Shown here: positions 7,885 through 17,080 of the stretch, piece after piece | How positions within the stretch are numbered: the stretch's first letter is position 1 | Layout: the number at the start of each line of letters is the position of its first letter | Assembly (NCBI GenBank): GCA_018302135.1 | Contig: JAGWAE010000001.1 | Location: 1 to 32,000 of the forward strand | Length of the DNA: 32,000 bases | Direction of reading: 5' to 3' | DNA from: Candidatus Woesearchaeota archaeon | GTDB taxonomy: Archaea > Nanobdellota > Nanobdellia > SCGC-AAA011-G17 > PNOQ01 | Program-made: the position numbers and the translations under genes | Notes under the pieces: generated by a model | Seen by the model: only the letters and a program-made list of their open reading frames with translations | Database searches by the model: none | Told to the model about the DNA's origin: nothing

Positions 7885-10484
7885 CTTATATCCTCGATTT
7901 CATTTTCTTTCCCAATTTTAGCTAAAATCATTTGATGCATTCTATTAATAAAATCCATTCTGTCTTCCATTCGCATTATATCCATATAACCATCACTAAT
8001 TAAACCAAAAGCAAATGGGCTCGGTATTGAAGTATTAGTTTCTTTTATTTTTATTTTTCCCCATTTAATATCTTCTAATATTTTTTTAGCGTTATTTAAA
8101 TCCATTAAGTCATCTAAAACTTCTCTTCTAGCTTCTTTTAAAATACTAAAATCATTATCAATTCTTTTAACTGCATTTAACAATATCATACTACTAACTT
8201 GTTGTCTACCTACATGTTTTCTAACTCCTTTATACTCTTTTAATATCATTAATGCTCTTGTAGCACAATGTCTAAACCTTCTTTTCAAAATTTCAGTTTT
8301 TTCAATCGCATCTTCCATTAAAGATTTCAACTCGCTAGGGTCTAGCTGTGAAAAGGCTCTAACTGCCTGTAAATTTTTAGTGCTAGCAACATAAAAACCA
8401 TTATCACTAATTCCAATTTCTAAGTCTCTTTTATGAATTTTACCAAGAACATAAGCAACAGCTCTACTTAAAACATCATTAACTCTTCTTCCAAATAAAG
8501 TGTGAAATATAACATATGTTTTATCCTTTTCATCAGTATAATATTCAACTATTATTTTTTTATCGTTAGGAATCAAAGAATATAAATATTGTTCCTTAAA
8601 ATATTTATAAATTGCATTTGCAGCATTTTCATCAACATACAAATGGTGATTAATAAATTTCAAAATATCTTTCTTACTATTTTTACTTTCAAAATACTCT
8701 TCAATTAATCTCCTAAACCTTTGTATTTCCAAAGCCAAATCAAAACTCAATGGCAACATTTCAGAAAACCAAGAAGGTATAGTGGGAGATCTACCAGAAG
8801 CAGACCTAACTTGAACCGACATTCCTCTGCTATGTAAATATTCATAAGTATCTCCACCAATAACAAAAATATCTCCTTTATCTAATCGTTCCAAAAATGC
8901 TTCATCAATAGTTCCTATAACTTTATCTCCAATTTTAACTTTTACATTAGTTTCATCAGGGATAGTTCCGACATTAGTCATATTAATAACCCTGCTCATC
9001 TTTCCTTTTTTACCAATTTCTCTAGACTCTTTATCATACCAAATTTTTCCATAAATATAACGTTCTTCTAGCTCAACATATTCACCAGCTAAATATTTTA
9101 TAATTTCAAAAAAATCTTCCTCAGTTAAATCTTTATAACAATAACTTTTTCTCAATAATTTGTATAATTCATCAACATTCCAAATATTAATAATTGCCAT
9201 ACTATGTATTACTTGAGCTAAAACATCTAACGCATTAACTGGAATGTGAATTTTATCTATTTTTTTATCAATAGCATTTTTTAATAGTACACTACATTCA
9301 ACTAAATCATCTCTATCTGTAACAACAATTCTTCCTTTTACAGTTTCATGCAATGCATGCCCACTACGACCAACTCTTTGCAAAAATCTAGCTACACTTT
9401 TCGGACTACCCAAACAAAGAACTAAATCAATATAACCAATATCAATTCCTAACTCTAAACTTGTTGAACAAACCACACATTTTAATTTTCCTTCTTTCAA
9501 TTTATTTTCAATATCCAATCTATGTTTTTTACTTAAACTTCCATGATGTGCACCAATATTCTCAATATATCTAGAAGGAAATAAAGTTTTCAAATGATGC
9601 ACAACTCTTTCAGTTCCAGCCCTAGTATTAGTAAATATTAAAGTAGTTTTATGTTCTTGAATTAAATTATCTAACATATTATACAAAGCTTTGTGATAAT
9701 CTTCAAAAGTAATATCTATTAAATCTGGCAAAGGAGAAATAACTTTTAGATCAAATTTTTTACTAAAATGAACATTTGCAATTTTACAATCTCTTTCGGG
9801 CCCAACTAAATATTTAGCAATCTCTTCTATGGGCTCAACAGTTGCAGATAATCCAATCCTACATAAATTAGGACTAATATAATTCAAATGTTCCATCAAT
9901 AAATTTAAATGTACTCCTCTTTTATTCTCAGCTAATGCATGTATTTCATCAATAATACACCATTCAACTCCTTTTAACAATTCATAGAATTTATAACTCA
10001 TCAACATTATTGCCAAAGATTCTGGAGTTGTAATTAATATATGAGGAACTTTCTTCAACATCTTTTGTTTTTCGTTTGGAGTTGTATCACCAGTTCTAAC
10101 ACCAATTCTAATATTAATATCCAACCCTTTTAATTTAGCTAATTCTTTTATTTCCTTTAATGGTTCTTCTAAATTTATAGCGATATCATTATTCAAAGCT
10201 TTCAAAGGAGAAATATAAATCGCATAAACTTTATCTTCTAATTTATTTTTCAAAGATAAACCAACTAGTTCATTAATTATACTCAAAAAAGCAGTTAAAG
10301 TTTTAGTTCCCCCAGTTGGAGCAGAAATTAATATATTATTTCTTTCGTGTATTTCCTTAACCCCATAGAGCTGTGGCTCAGAAAAGCTACGATACTTACT
10401 AAAAAACCATTCTTTAACAAGAGGATGTAGCAGTTTTTCCACTTGTTCTGTTTGGTATGGTTTCTCAAGAAATTTCACTTCCAT
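7881..10484 (-). CDS. lhr: Lhr-family ATP-dependent DNA helicase (superfamily 2, DEAH)
   Basis: 867 aa. The Walker A motif is SAPTGGTKT, and DEIH, SAT and QRVGRSGH helicase motifs are present. The N-terminal LHPLVKEWFFSKYRSFSEPQ is typical of Lhr, and there is a long C-terminal Lhr/DEAD-associated region. Confidence 0.9.
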   Translation of the reverse strand: MEVKFLEKPYQTEQVEKLLHPLVKEWFFSKYRSFSEPQLYGVKEIHERNNILISAPTGGTKTLTAFLSIINELVGLSLKNKLEDKVYAIYISPLKALNNDIAINLEEPLKEIKELAKLKGLDINIRIGVRTGDTTPNEKQKMLKKVPHILITTPESLAIMLMSYKFYELLKGVEWCIIDEIHALAENKRGVHLNLLMEHLNYISPNLCRIGLSATVEPIEEIAKYLVGPERDCKIANVHFSKKFDLKVISPLPDLIDITFEDYHKALYNMLDNLIQEHKTTLIFTNTRAGTERVVHHLKTLFPSRYIENIGAHHGSLSKKHRLDIENKLKEGKLKCVVCSTSLELGIDIGYIDLVLCLGSPKSVARFLQRVGRSGHALHETVKGRIVVTDRDDLVECSVLLKNAIDKKIDKIHIPVNALDVLAQVIHSMAIINIWNVDELYKLLRKSYCYKDLTEEDFFEIIKYLAGEYVELEERYIYGKIWYDKESREIGKKGKMSRVINMTNVGTIPDETNVKVKIGDKVIGTIDEAFLERLDKGDIFVIGGDTYEYLHSRGMSVQVRSASGRSPTIPSWFSEMLPLSFDLALEIQRFRRLIEEYFESKNSKKDILKFINHHLYVDENAANAIYKYFKEQYLYSLIPNDKKIIVEYYTDEKDKTYVIFHTLFGRRVNDVLSRAVAYVLGKIHKRDLEIGISDNGFYVASTKNLQAVRAFSQLDPSELKSLMEDAIEKTEILKRRFRHCATRALMILKEYKGVRKHVGRQQVSSMILLNAVKRIDNDFSILKEARREVLDDLMDLNNAKKILEDIKWGKIKIKETNTSIPSPFAFGLISDGYMDIMRMEDRMDFINRMHQMILAKIGKENEIEDIR

Positions 10485-10591
10485 TGTAGCCTAAAGAATA
10501 TTATGAGTAATAGTTAAATTTAAAAAACCTGCGCTGGTGTTTGGCAAGCTAAAACAAAACCATTAAATATTTATAAAAACCCTAAAAGTAC

Positions 10592-10762
10592 ATGAAAAAA
10601 GAACTAATTTTACCCAAAGAATACGATTATGAGACTAGATTAGAAACTCTAGATGAAACTGAACTAAGGGCTAAAATAATGATAGACGTTTTCAAAGAAA
10701 TAGAAAAAAGGCATTTCGAAAACCCAAATAAATGCCCTTGGTGTAAAAAAGAATTGTCTTAA
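10592..10762 (+). CDS. Small hypothetical protein (56 aa) ending in CPWCKKELS
   Basis: Hand-translated ATG ORF that falls below the track cutoff. ATTTATAAAA lies about 20 nt upstream, consistent with a leaderless archaeal mRNA. I see no recognisable family. Confidence 0.3.
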   Translation: MKKELILPKEYDYETRLETLDETELRAKIMIDVFKEIEKRHFENPNKCPWCKKELS

Positions 10763-10798
10763 CAAAAATTTTTTAAACCACAAAAACAAAAAATCGTT

Positions 10799-11371
10799 AT
10801 GATTAGCTCAACTATAGATAAATTTATTGCAGAATCTTTTGATAGAGCATTATTTGTTGTTCAAGAACCATTAAAGAATGAAGAGTTGATTTGGGCATTA
10901 ATACCAATAATTGTGACTTTAATTTTAATAGAAATTTATTTTGGTAGATATAGAAGAGAAGAACTTGGCTGGAACACAGCTTTTGGAAACTCACTAATTC
11001 TAATATTTGTTTCAGCAGATTTAATTAAGTATTCAATAAGAACTAATATACTAGGTACAGATCCAATAAAAACTGGGATTATAGTTGGTTTAATCACAGT
11101 TGGTTTTATAATAACTTTTGTAGATTTTTTTCATATGATGCCAAGAGAATGGGCATTTGCAATATCCTCAAAATTACCAACAAGCTTTTTAGCAATAATT
11201 TCAATGCTATTTATTTACATAGATATTCCGATTGATTACATCACAGCCACAGCATTGTTTCTTCTACTCTTAAATATGTACATTGTTTTAATAATAATAC
11301 ATCATTTGATACCTGCATTTAGAGGATTATTTCCAGAAGAAGTTCCAGATCCGATATTAGAAGAAGATTAA
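10799..11371 (+). CDS. Integral membrane protein of unknown function
   Basis: 190 aa with about 5 hydrophobic helices and an acidic C-terminal tail (EEVPDPILEED). Confidence 0.55.
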   Translation: MISSTIDKFIAESFDRALFVVQEPLKNEELIWALIPIIVTLILIEIYFGRYRREELGWNTAFGNSLILIFVSADLIKYSIRTNILGTDPIKTGIIVGLITVGFIITFVDFFHMMPREWAFAISSKLPTSFLAIISMLFIYIDIPIDYITATALFLLLLNMYIVLIIIHHLIPAFRGLFPEEVPDPILEED

Positions 11372-11583
11372 CCCACTCTACCTTTCGATTTAGTTTCACT
11401 TATTTTTTTAGCTTCTTTTTCTAAATCAATACCTAAATCTTTTAGAGCTTTAACATGTGCTTGTATTAATTGGTCAACAACATTAATCATTTTTGCTAGT
11501 TCATTTCTTTCATTTCCCAACGTATTTAAAGAACCCTTATGAAATCCTATCAGCTCTTCCTTTGACATTTTTTCTTCTACCAT
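11368..11583 (-). CDS. Small coiled-coil protein of unknown function, the second gene of an RHH cassette
   Basis: The track ORF starts at a TTG (11595). The first ATG is at 11583 (MVEEKMSKEEL...), 1 nt after the stop of the upstream RHH ORF. Confidence 0.45.
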   Translation of the reverse strand: MVEEKMSKEELIGFHKGSLNTLGNERNELAKMINVVDQLIQAHVKALKDLGIDLEKEAKKISETKSKGRVG

Positions 11584-11584
11584 T

Positions 11585-11725
11585 TTATCCTCCAAATTTA
11601 GCCATTTGTTTAATTATAGCTTGATTAATAAAATCCTGTTCATCTGCAAACAACTTAGTTTTATCCACTAAAGCTTTAATACTATCTACCAATTGTTTTG
11701 GCAGCTCAATAGTCACTTTTTCCAT
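11585..11725 (-). CDS. Ribbon-helix-helix (CopG/Arc-like) small DNA-binding protein
   Basis: Hand-translated 46-aa ORF: MEKVTIELPKQLVDSIKALVDKTKLFADEQDFINQAIIKQMAKFGG. The beta-strand then two helices pattern (VTIELPKQLVDSI...) is typical of RHH proteins. A GAGGTGA Shine-Dalgarno-like site lies 3 nt upstream, and a TTTATATA box sits at 11758-11765. Confidence 0.45.
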   Translation of the reverse strand: MEKVTIELPKQLVDSIKALVDKTKLFADEQDFINQAIIKQMAKFGG

Positions 11726-11757
11726 TTTTCACCTCAAAAATTAAAAATTAATAATAC

Positions 11758-11765
11758 TATATAAA
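11758..11765 (-). promoter_or_regulatory. TATA box (TTTATATA on the minus strand) for the RHH cassette
   Basis: Consensus archaeal TATA element about 33 nt upstream of the RHH ATG, immediately 3' of the dph2-fragment stop. Confidence 0.35.
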
Positions 11766-11770
11766 GATTG

Positions 11771-12028
11771 TTAATAAAACGGCCATGCAGAATGCCCAAA
11801 CTGTACAACTAAGTCAAAATTTAACTCTTTCAAACCAACAGGAGTATCGCAAGCACCCCAGCAAGAACCTGCCCAAACTACAAACTCACAATCCACTTTC
11901 TTTTGCAATTCCTTAACAAGAGCACTAGCTTCTGGTTTTAAACCATCAGGCAATTGTAAACAAACTAACTTAGCCTTGTTCTTTTTAATCTGCTCAACAA
12001 CATTATCAATTTCTAAGTCATATTTCAT
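11771..12028 (-). pseudogene. dph2: Truncated N-terminal fragment of diphthamide synthase Dph2 (2-(3-amino-3-carboxypropyl)histidine synthase)
   Basis: An 85-aa ORF, versus my recollection of about 330-340 aa for archaeal Dph2. LVCLQLPDGLKPEA...VWAGSCWGACD...DLVVQFGHS matches Dph2 domain 1, including the first Fe-S cysteine region. It ends at GHSAWPFY* with no continuation in any frame downstream. Confidence 0.55.
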
Positions 12029-12079
12029 ATTAAATAGTTATTCCAAACGCTTTTTAAGTTTTACGTTATACCTATTATA

Positions 12080-12322
12080 ATGCCAATTAAGTATTTAAGT
12101 TATCAAAAAGAAGATAGCATTAGACTTGAAACATATAATGCTTTTTTCGAACAAAACAAAAAGTTATATGAAGATAACCCATTAGAATATCAAAGACAAG
12201 CATTCGAAAAGTCGAGAAGAGAAATACAAAAAGAAAAATATCCACAAGATCCACCAAGAAAATCAAAATTTACATATTCAAAAAATGGAAAATTTCAAGA
12301 ACCAGATATATTATTTGTGTAA
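12080..12322 (+). CDS. Hypothetical protein (80 aa, charged, low complexity)
   Basis: ATG ORF that overlaps the MGMT start by 38 nt in a different frame. I see no recognisable motif. Confidence 0.3.
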   Translation: MPIKYLSYQKEDSIRLETYNAFFEQNKKLYEDNPLEYQRQAFEKSRREIQKEKYPQDPPRKSKFTYSKNGKFQEPDILFV

Positions 12323-12587
12323 ACAAATTCCTCGTGGTAAAGTTACAACTTACAAAATTTTAGCAAATAAAGTAAATTCTAAAGCTTATAGGGCAGTTGG
12401 TAATGCATTAAACACAAATCCTTATGCTCCAATAGTTCCTTGTCATAGAGTTATAAATTCTAATGGAAACGTTGGTGGTTTTGCATCAGGAACAAAAAAC
12501 AAAATCAAATTACTAAAAGAAGAAGGAATAGAAATAAAAAATAACAAAATAGATTTAGATAAATATTTATTTAATCAATTTAAATAA
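12285..12587 (+). CDS. ogt: Methylated-DNA-protein-cysteine methyltransferase (MGMT/Ogt), C-terminal DNA-binding/active-site domain only
   Basis: 100 aa. The active-site motif IVPCHRV is present, and RGKVTTYKILA...AYRAVGNALNTNP is typical of the MGMT DNA-binding domain. Confidence 0.85.
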   Translation: MENFKNQIYYLCKQIPRGKVTTYKILANKVNSKAYRAVGNALNTNPYAPIVPCHRVINSNGNVGGFASGTKNKIKLLKEEGIEIKNNKIDLDKYLFNQFK

Positions 12588-14174
12588 TTCATTAATATCA
12601 AGTTCAAAACCAACGACAGGAGTTTCTAATTCAAAATTACTCAAAACTTCTGGATGTATTTCTCCAATAACACCAACATCTTTACCTTTGACAATTATTC
12701 TTCCAACTCTCCCAGGAATAAATGATTCATGTTCTGAAGATTTAATAGAAACTTCTAATCCTAAACTAGCAATCAAAGAATCCAATATCTGTCTAGCTTC
12801 AGTATATGTTACACTAGAATGAGTAATTAACATCCCAAGCTTACTTTTTTCTTCTGAATTAAAAACAGTTCCAATTTCAAATATTTTTTGTGGATTTTCA
12901 TGATGTTTATTATTTTTAAAAACATCTAACAAACTAGGCAACATCCAACTACGTAAAACATTATATTCCTCATTCAATGCGTTCTCAATTTCAACCAAAC
13001 TTAAATTTAATCTCATATTTTTAGTTTGATCATTTTTCTTAGCCAAATTATAAGTATTAGTTTCCAATAATCCAAAACCAACCATCATATTAGCCAATTT
13101 ATTTTTAAAAGATTCAAACTCATCTTCATGCGCAATAGAACTAAAATTACTTATCTCCGGTTTAAAGTTTTCATAACCATAAGCAACAGCAATATCTTCA
13201 ATAATGTCAATCTCAGATAATATGTCAACCCTATAACAAGGAACTATAACTTCACTATTTACATAACCATAACCCATTTTTTCTAACAAAGGTTTTAATT
13301 CATTTTCTTTTAATTTTAATCCCAATATCTTGTTAACATAATCTAAGTTTACTTTCATTTTTCTAGGTTCTAATCTTGGATAACTTTTACCATCAACATC
13401 AACAGAATAAATCTCAAAACCTCTATCTGCCATAGAAGAAATTAAAATATTCAAAGCTTGCTCACAAGCATTTAAATCTAAACCAGTAACATCAATAAAT
13501 AAACTTTTAGTGTTCAAACTAACTTTTGTGTTCTCAGAATTTATTATTGGGGGCATAGATAAAACTTGATTATTTGCATCCAACCATATTGGGTATTCTT
13601 TCATTCCTTTCAACAAATGAGCATAATCAACTCCCTTTGGATGTTCACTCAAAATTTCAGATAATTTCATTTCCTTATTATATTCTAGAGGAACAAATTT
13701 GAAATCTTTTGGTTTAGTAGTATATAACAATGGAAACTTAATTTTATCAAAATCATAAACTCCAATTGATAACTTTTTTCTATTTCTACCAAAAGTAGTA
13801 TGTATTTTTTCTTGTACTTGCATTAAATATTGTATTGTAACTTCGTTAAGTAAAACTTTTTTAGCAACAGCTGCAACTACAAAAGGTCGAACATTTTTTA
13901 CTTTAGGATCAACTTTTGCTTTAAAGTCAGATTTTCTAACTTCATACTTTCTTAAACCCGGATTAATTCCAATAAAAGCAGACAAAGCTCTAGCAAAACC
14001 TGCACCTGCTAGCATATCCGGTCTATCAGGGAAGACTTCAACAACTAGTTCATCATCATCAATATATTCTAAAGAAGTTCCAATCATTGGAATTCTATCT
14101 TTTAAAGTTTCATCCGTTAACTTCTTTCCGACACACTTCAACAAATCTTCCTTGTCTATTGTAATTGTTGGCAT
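12567..14174 (-). CDS. pheT: Phenylalanine-tRNA ligase beta subunit (archaeal type)
   Basis: 535 aa with B3/4 and B5 domain-like sequence. It sits directly downstream of pheS with a 1-nt gap. The archaeal-length beta subunit lacks the bacterial anticodon-binding extension. Confidence 0.9.
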   Translation of the reverse strand: MPTITIDKEDLLKCVGKKLTDETLKDRIPMIGTSLEYIDDDELVVEVFPDRPDMLAGAGFARALSAFIGINPGLRKYEVRKSDFKAKVDPKVKNVRPFVVAAVAKKVLLNEVTIQYLMQVQEKIHTTFGRNRKKLSIGVYDFDKIKFPLLYTTKPKDFKFVPLEYNKEMKLSEILSEHPKGVDYAHLLKGMKEYPIWLDANNQVLSMPPIINSENTKVSLNTKSLFIDVTGLDLNACEQALNILISSMADRGFEIYSVDVDGKSYPRLEPRKMKVNLDYVNKILGLKLKENELKPLLEKMGYGYVNSEVIVPCYRVDILSEIDIIEDIAVAYGYENFKPEISNFSSIAHEDEFESFKNKLANMMVGFGLLETNTYNLAKKNDQTKNMRLNLSLVEIENALNEEYNVLRSWMLPSLLDVFKNNKHHENPQKIFEIGTVFNSEEKSKLGMLITHSSVTYTEARQILDSLIASLGLEVSIKSSEHESFIPGRVGRIIVKGKDVGVIGEIHPEVLSNFELETPVVGFELDINELFKLIK

Positions 14175-14175
14175 T

Positions 14176-15663
14176 TTAAATCCAGACTTTCATCTCCTTC
14201 AATTGTTTTAAATCATTTTTGTAAAAATCACGTAAATCTTTTATTCCAAAATATGGACAAACAACTCTTCCCAAACCAAATCCCCAAGCTAGCACAGGAA
14301 TATCTCTCCCCATTAATGGTTTTACAACCTCAGGTCTAAACATTCCAGCTCCACCAAGTTCAATCCAAGCATTTTTTTCTTTCAAAAATACTTCAATTTC
14401 AACTGAAGGTTCAGTGTATGGAAAATAAGCAGGTCTAAATCTAACTTTTTCATAACCCATCTTTGTAAAAAATTCTTTTAGATACCCAAGTAGATGTCTC
14501 AAATTTGCATTTTCATCTATAACAATTCCTTCAGACTGATTAAACTCAAACAAATGACTCCAATCTAAAGTTTCATTTCTATAATTTCTACCAATAGCAA
14601 AATATTTAGTAGGCAATTCTTCTTTTTTTAGTCTAGCTAAAGTTCTAGCTGACAAAACAGTAGTGTGTGTTCTCAAAACTAGTTTTTTAGCTTCTAATTC
14701 ACTCCATTTATATTTCCAACTAGATTCATGTTGTTTTTTAACTTTTTCAAGAAAATCTTTTTCCGGTAACTTTCCATCCCCTTTAATAAAAAAAGTATCT
14801 TGCATTTCTCTAGCTGGATGATCTTGTGGAACAAACAAACTATCAAAATTCCAGAAACTAGTATTTATTATTGGTCCAGTCATTTCCTTAAAACCCATAT
14901 CTAACCAGACTTTTCTAGCATAATTTTTAGCTTCATTAATAAAATGTCTTTTTCCAGGATAAATTTTAGGAACACTAACTTCGACATCATATCTTCTAAA
15001 AGTTTTATTCTTCCATTCTTGATTTTTTATTAAATCAGTTGTAACATTATCAATTAAATTTTCAGAAATTTTCATACCTGCTAATTTTTTTCCAATATCA
15101 GTTAACTCAATATTAACATCTTTTTTTGCCAAAACATAAACTATTTCTTTTCTTTTTAATAAGAGTTCTAAACATCTTTTATCTTCATTATTTAATTTTT
15201 CTTTATCAATTGGTAATTTTCTTAGAAAAACTTCTTCTGGGAACAAACTATTTAATAATTTTTTACCTGTTTCAGTTATTTTAATTTGTTTATCCAAAAT
15301 AATTGCAGACTTAGATTTTAATGCTCCTAAAGAAATACTCAACTCTTGATCAGACAACCCAGTTTTTACTTTAATTTCTTGCAAGCTTAATGGTTTGTTT
15401 TCAATAACTTTTAAAAATTGTTTTTCTGGCAATCCAGTTTTTAAATATTTTTCACCGTTATTACCAATTTCAACAATTTCTATAGAATTTTTACTTACTT
15501 TTATAACCTGTTTGTTTTCTAACCACTGTAAAGCCCTAGAAATCTCTATCTCTTGTAACCCAGATTTTTCCTCTAAATCTCTCTGTTTTTTATACTTTCC
15601 GAGGAAAGGTAGGATTTTTCTTTCTAAAGGATGTAAACTATTAGCTAGATTATTCAAATCCAT
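14176..15663 (-). CDS. pheS: Phenylalanine-tRNA ligase alpha subunit (archaeal/eukaryal type)
   Basis: 495 aa. Class II motifs are present: HPAREMQDTFF, LRTHTT, FRPAYFPYTEPS and GAGMFRPEV. The N-terminal winged-helix repeats are typical of archaeal PheS. Confidence 0.9.
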   Translation of the reverse strand: MDLNNLANSLHPLERKILPFLGKYKKQRDLEEKSGLQEIEISRALQWLENKQVIKVSKNSIEIVEIGNNGEKYLKTGLPEKQFLKVIENKPLSLQEIKVKTGLSDQELSISLGALKSKSAIILDKQIKITETGKKLLNSLFPEEVFLRKLPIDKEKLNNEDKRCLELLLKRKEIVYVLAKKDVNIELTDIGKKLAGMKISENLIDNVTTDLIKNQEWKNKTFRRYDVEVSVPKIYPGKRHFINEAKNYARKVWLDMGFKEMTGPIINTSFWNFDSLFVPQDHPAREMQDTFFIKGDGKLPEKDFLEKVKKQHESSWKYKWSELEAKKLVLRTHTTVLSARTLARLKKEELPTKYFAIGRNYRNETLDWSHLFEFNQSEGIVIDENANLRHLLGYLKEFFTKMGYEKVRFRPAYFPYTEPSVEIEVFLKEKNAWIELGGAGMFRPEVVKPLMGRDIPVLAWGFGLGRVVCPYFGIKDLRDFYKNDLKQLKEMKVWI

Positions 15664-15695
15664 AGAAACAATAAAATAAAGCCTATTTAAAAACG

Positions 15696-16241
15696 TTATT
15701 GTTTTAGATCAAGATAAACTTGCCAAGGAGACTTAACACTATATGTAGGTGATTTCATCATATCTATAAACTCATAAGCTACTCTCCATTCAGAATAAGG
15801 TATCTGAAATTTAGCCTCATCATTTTTTATTTTCTTTAAACTTCTTAACAAATTATTTGTAAAATTCCAAACTTCTTTATTATCTCCTTTATTAACTTCA
15901 TATCTATCCATTAATCTTGAAAAATGCTCAAATATCTCACTGTAGTTAACTGATTCCCTAATATCATCCATAAAAAAATTGTGCATCTTATCAGAATCAC
16001 GAAAGTTGTCCAAAAAATCAACAAGTTTACCTAAACTTGGAACATTTTGAAGCTTATCCATTCCATACAACTCTTTTAAAAGATTAAGATGAAACATCCT
16101 CCATTCCAAAGAAAGATATGCTTCATCATCAAGATAACCTAAAAGTTCCAAATCAGTTTGAGTTCCTAATTGAATGGGATCATACTTTCTAGAACCAATT
16201 TGTCCCAGACTCGGAGCATAAAGAGAATCGTCAAAATTCAT
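15696..16241 (-). CDS. Acidic hypothetical protein
   Basis: 181 aa with no recognised motif. It lies 2 nt downstream of TrmB and 32 nt upstream of pheS on the same strand. Confidence 0.55.
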   Translation of the reverse strand: MNFDDSLYAPSLGQIGSRKYDPIQLGTQTDLELLGYLDDEAYLSLEWRMFHLNLLKELYGMDKLQNVPSLGKLVDFLDNFRDSDKMHNFFMDDIRESVNYSEIFEHFSRLMDRYEVNKGDNKEVWNFTNNLLRSLKKIKNDEAKFQIPYSEWRVAYEFIDMMKSPTYSVKSPWQVYLDLKQ

Positions 16242-16243
16242 TT

Positions 16244-17041
16244 TTACCTGCTTTTATTCCAAGCATTTTCAAATAATGAAGACAATGAACTTGCAAAGAA
16301 AGGAGTATTAACCCAAACCCCAATATCATTTTTATCTACTATCTTCTCATCATCAGTTAACATAAATATTAAGTTTTCTTCATCAACTAAAACAAATCTT
16401 GAATTCATTCCTTTTAATTCTTTTATTGTTGCGATTCCTTTCAAATCTTTAGCAATACTCTCAGATTCTCCAGTCATTGGTGCAACTATTCTAATTTTCA
16501 CACCATTAGCAGCTAATCTTTTCAATACATATTTCAAACTATCAACTTTTCTTATTAAACCTTTTTCAGTTGTAGAAATAACAACAGATTTTTTAGCTGA
16601 TTTTAACATTGTTTCAATTTGGTCATATATATTTCTTCTTCCTCTTAAGGAACCTGAAATAGTTGTTGGATCAACATGGTCCACACCATTCTTGAACAAT
16701 AAGTCTAAATCATCAAAAAATTCACTATCTTTTAAAGTATCAATAACTAGTGCTTTTTGAGAAGCATCTTGTAAAACAGTTTTTTTAACTCTGCTTATAA
16801 CTTCTTCAGGAGAAACAGCCAAATATTTTATTGGTTTACCTAATTTCATTAAAATAAATCCTCTCTTTTCAAGAGATTCTAAAACATCATAACTTCTAGA
16901 TCTTGGAACATTACTTATTTCTGCAAGTTCACCAGCTGTAGCTACACCTTTAGATAATAAAGCCATCCATATCTTAGCTTCGTACTCGTTAAGGTCAAAA
17001 GATGACCTGATTCTTTTCAAAAATGTATCATTCATTATCAT
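16244..17041 (-). CDS. trmB: TrmB-family transcriptional regulator (N-terminal winged helix plus C-terminal TrmB_C domain)
   Basis: LNEYEAKIWMALLSKGVATAGELAEISNVPRSRSYDVLESLEKRGF is the TrmB wHTH signature. The track start (17068) lies between a TTTATAAA box (17073-17080) and the expected transcription start, so the ATG at 17041 (MIMNDTF...) is the more likely start. Confidence 0.8.
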   Translation of the reverse strand: MIMNDTFLKRIRSSFDLNEYEAKIWMALLSKGVATAGELAEISNVPRSRSYDVLESLEKRGFILMKLGKPIKYLAVSPEEVISRVKKTVLQDASQKALVIDTLKDSEFFDDLDLLFKNGVDHVDPTTISGSLRGRRNIYDQIETMLKSAKKSVVISTTEKGLIRKVDSLKYVLKRLAANGVKIRIVAPMTGESESIAKDLKGIATIKELKGMNSRFVLVDEENLIFMLTDDEKIVDKNDIGVWVNTPFFASSLSSLFENAWNKSR

Positions 17042-17072
17042 TTTAATCACTAAGGTTAGATAAAACATGTTA

Positions 17073-17080
17073 TTTATAAA
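17073..17080. promoter_or_regulatory. Palindromic TATA box (TTTATAAA) in the TrmB / RHS divergent intergenic region
   Basis: Consensus archaeal TATA element centred about 35 nt upstream of the 17041 ATG on the minus strand. Confidence 0.35.

Noticed and set aside
12080-12322. The 80-aa ORF as a frameshifted N-terminal domain of a full-length Ogt
   Set aside because: I see no resemblance to Ogt N-terminal domains. The MGMT ORF has its own ATG, and stand-alone roughly 100-aa MGMT-domain proteins are, as far as I recall, common. I kept it only as a low-confidence hypothetical.
16170-16760. A 196-aa plus-strand ORF
   Set aside because: It lies entirely antisense to the TrmB gene, whose own frame has a clear family signature. 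Its translation is low-complexity (Ser/Phe/Ile/Leu-rich), as expected from reading an AT-rich gene backwards.
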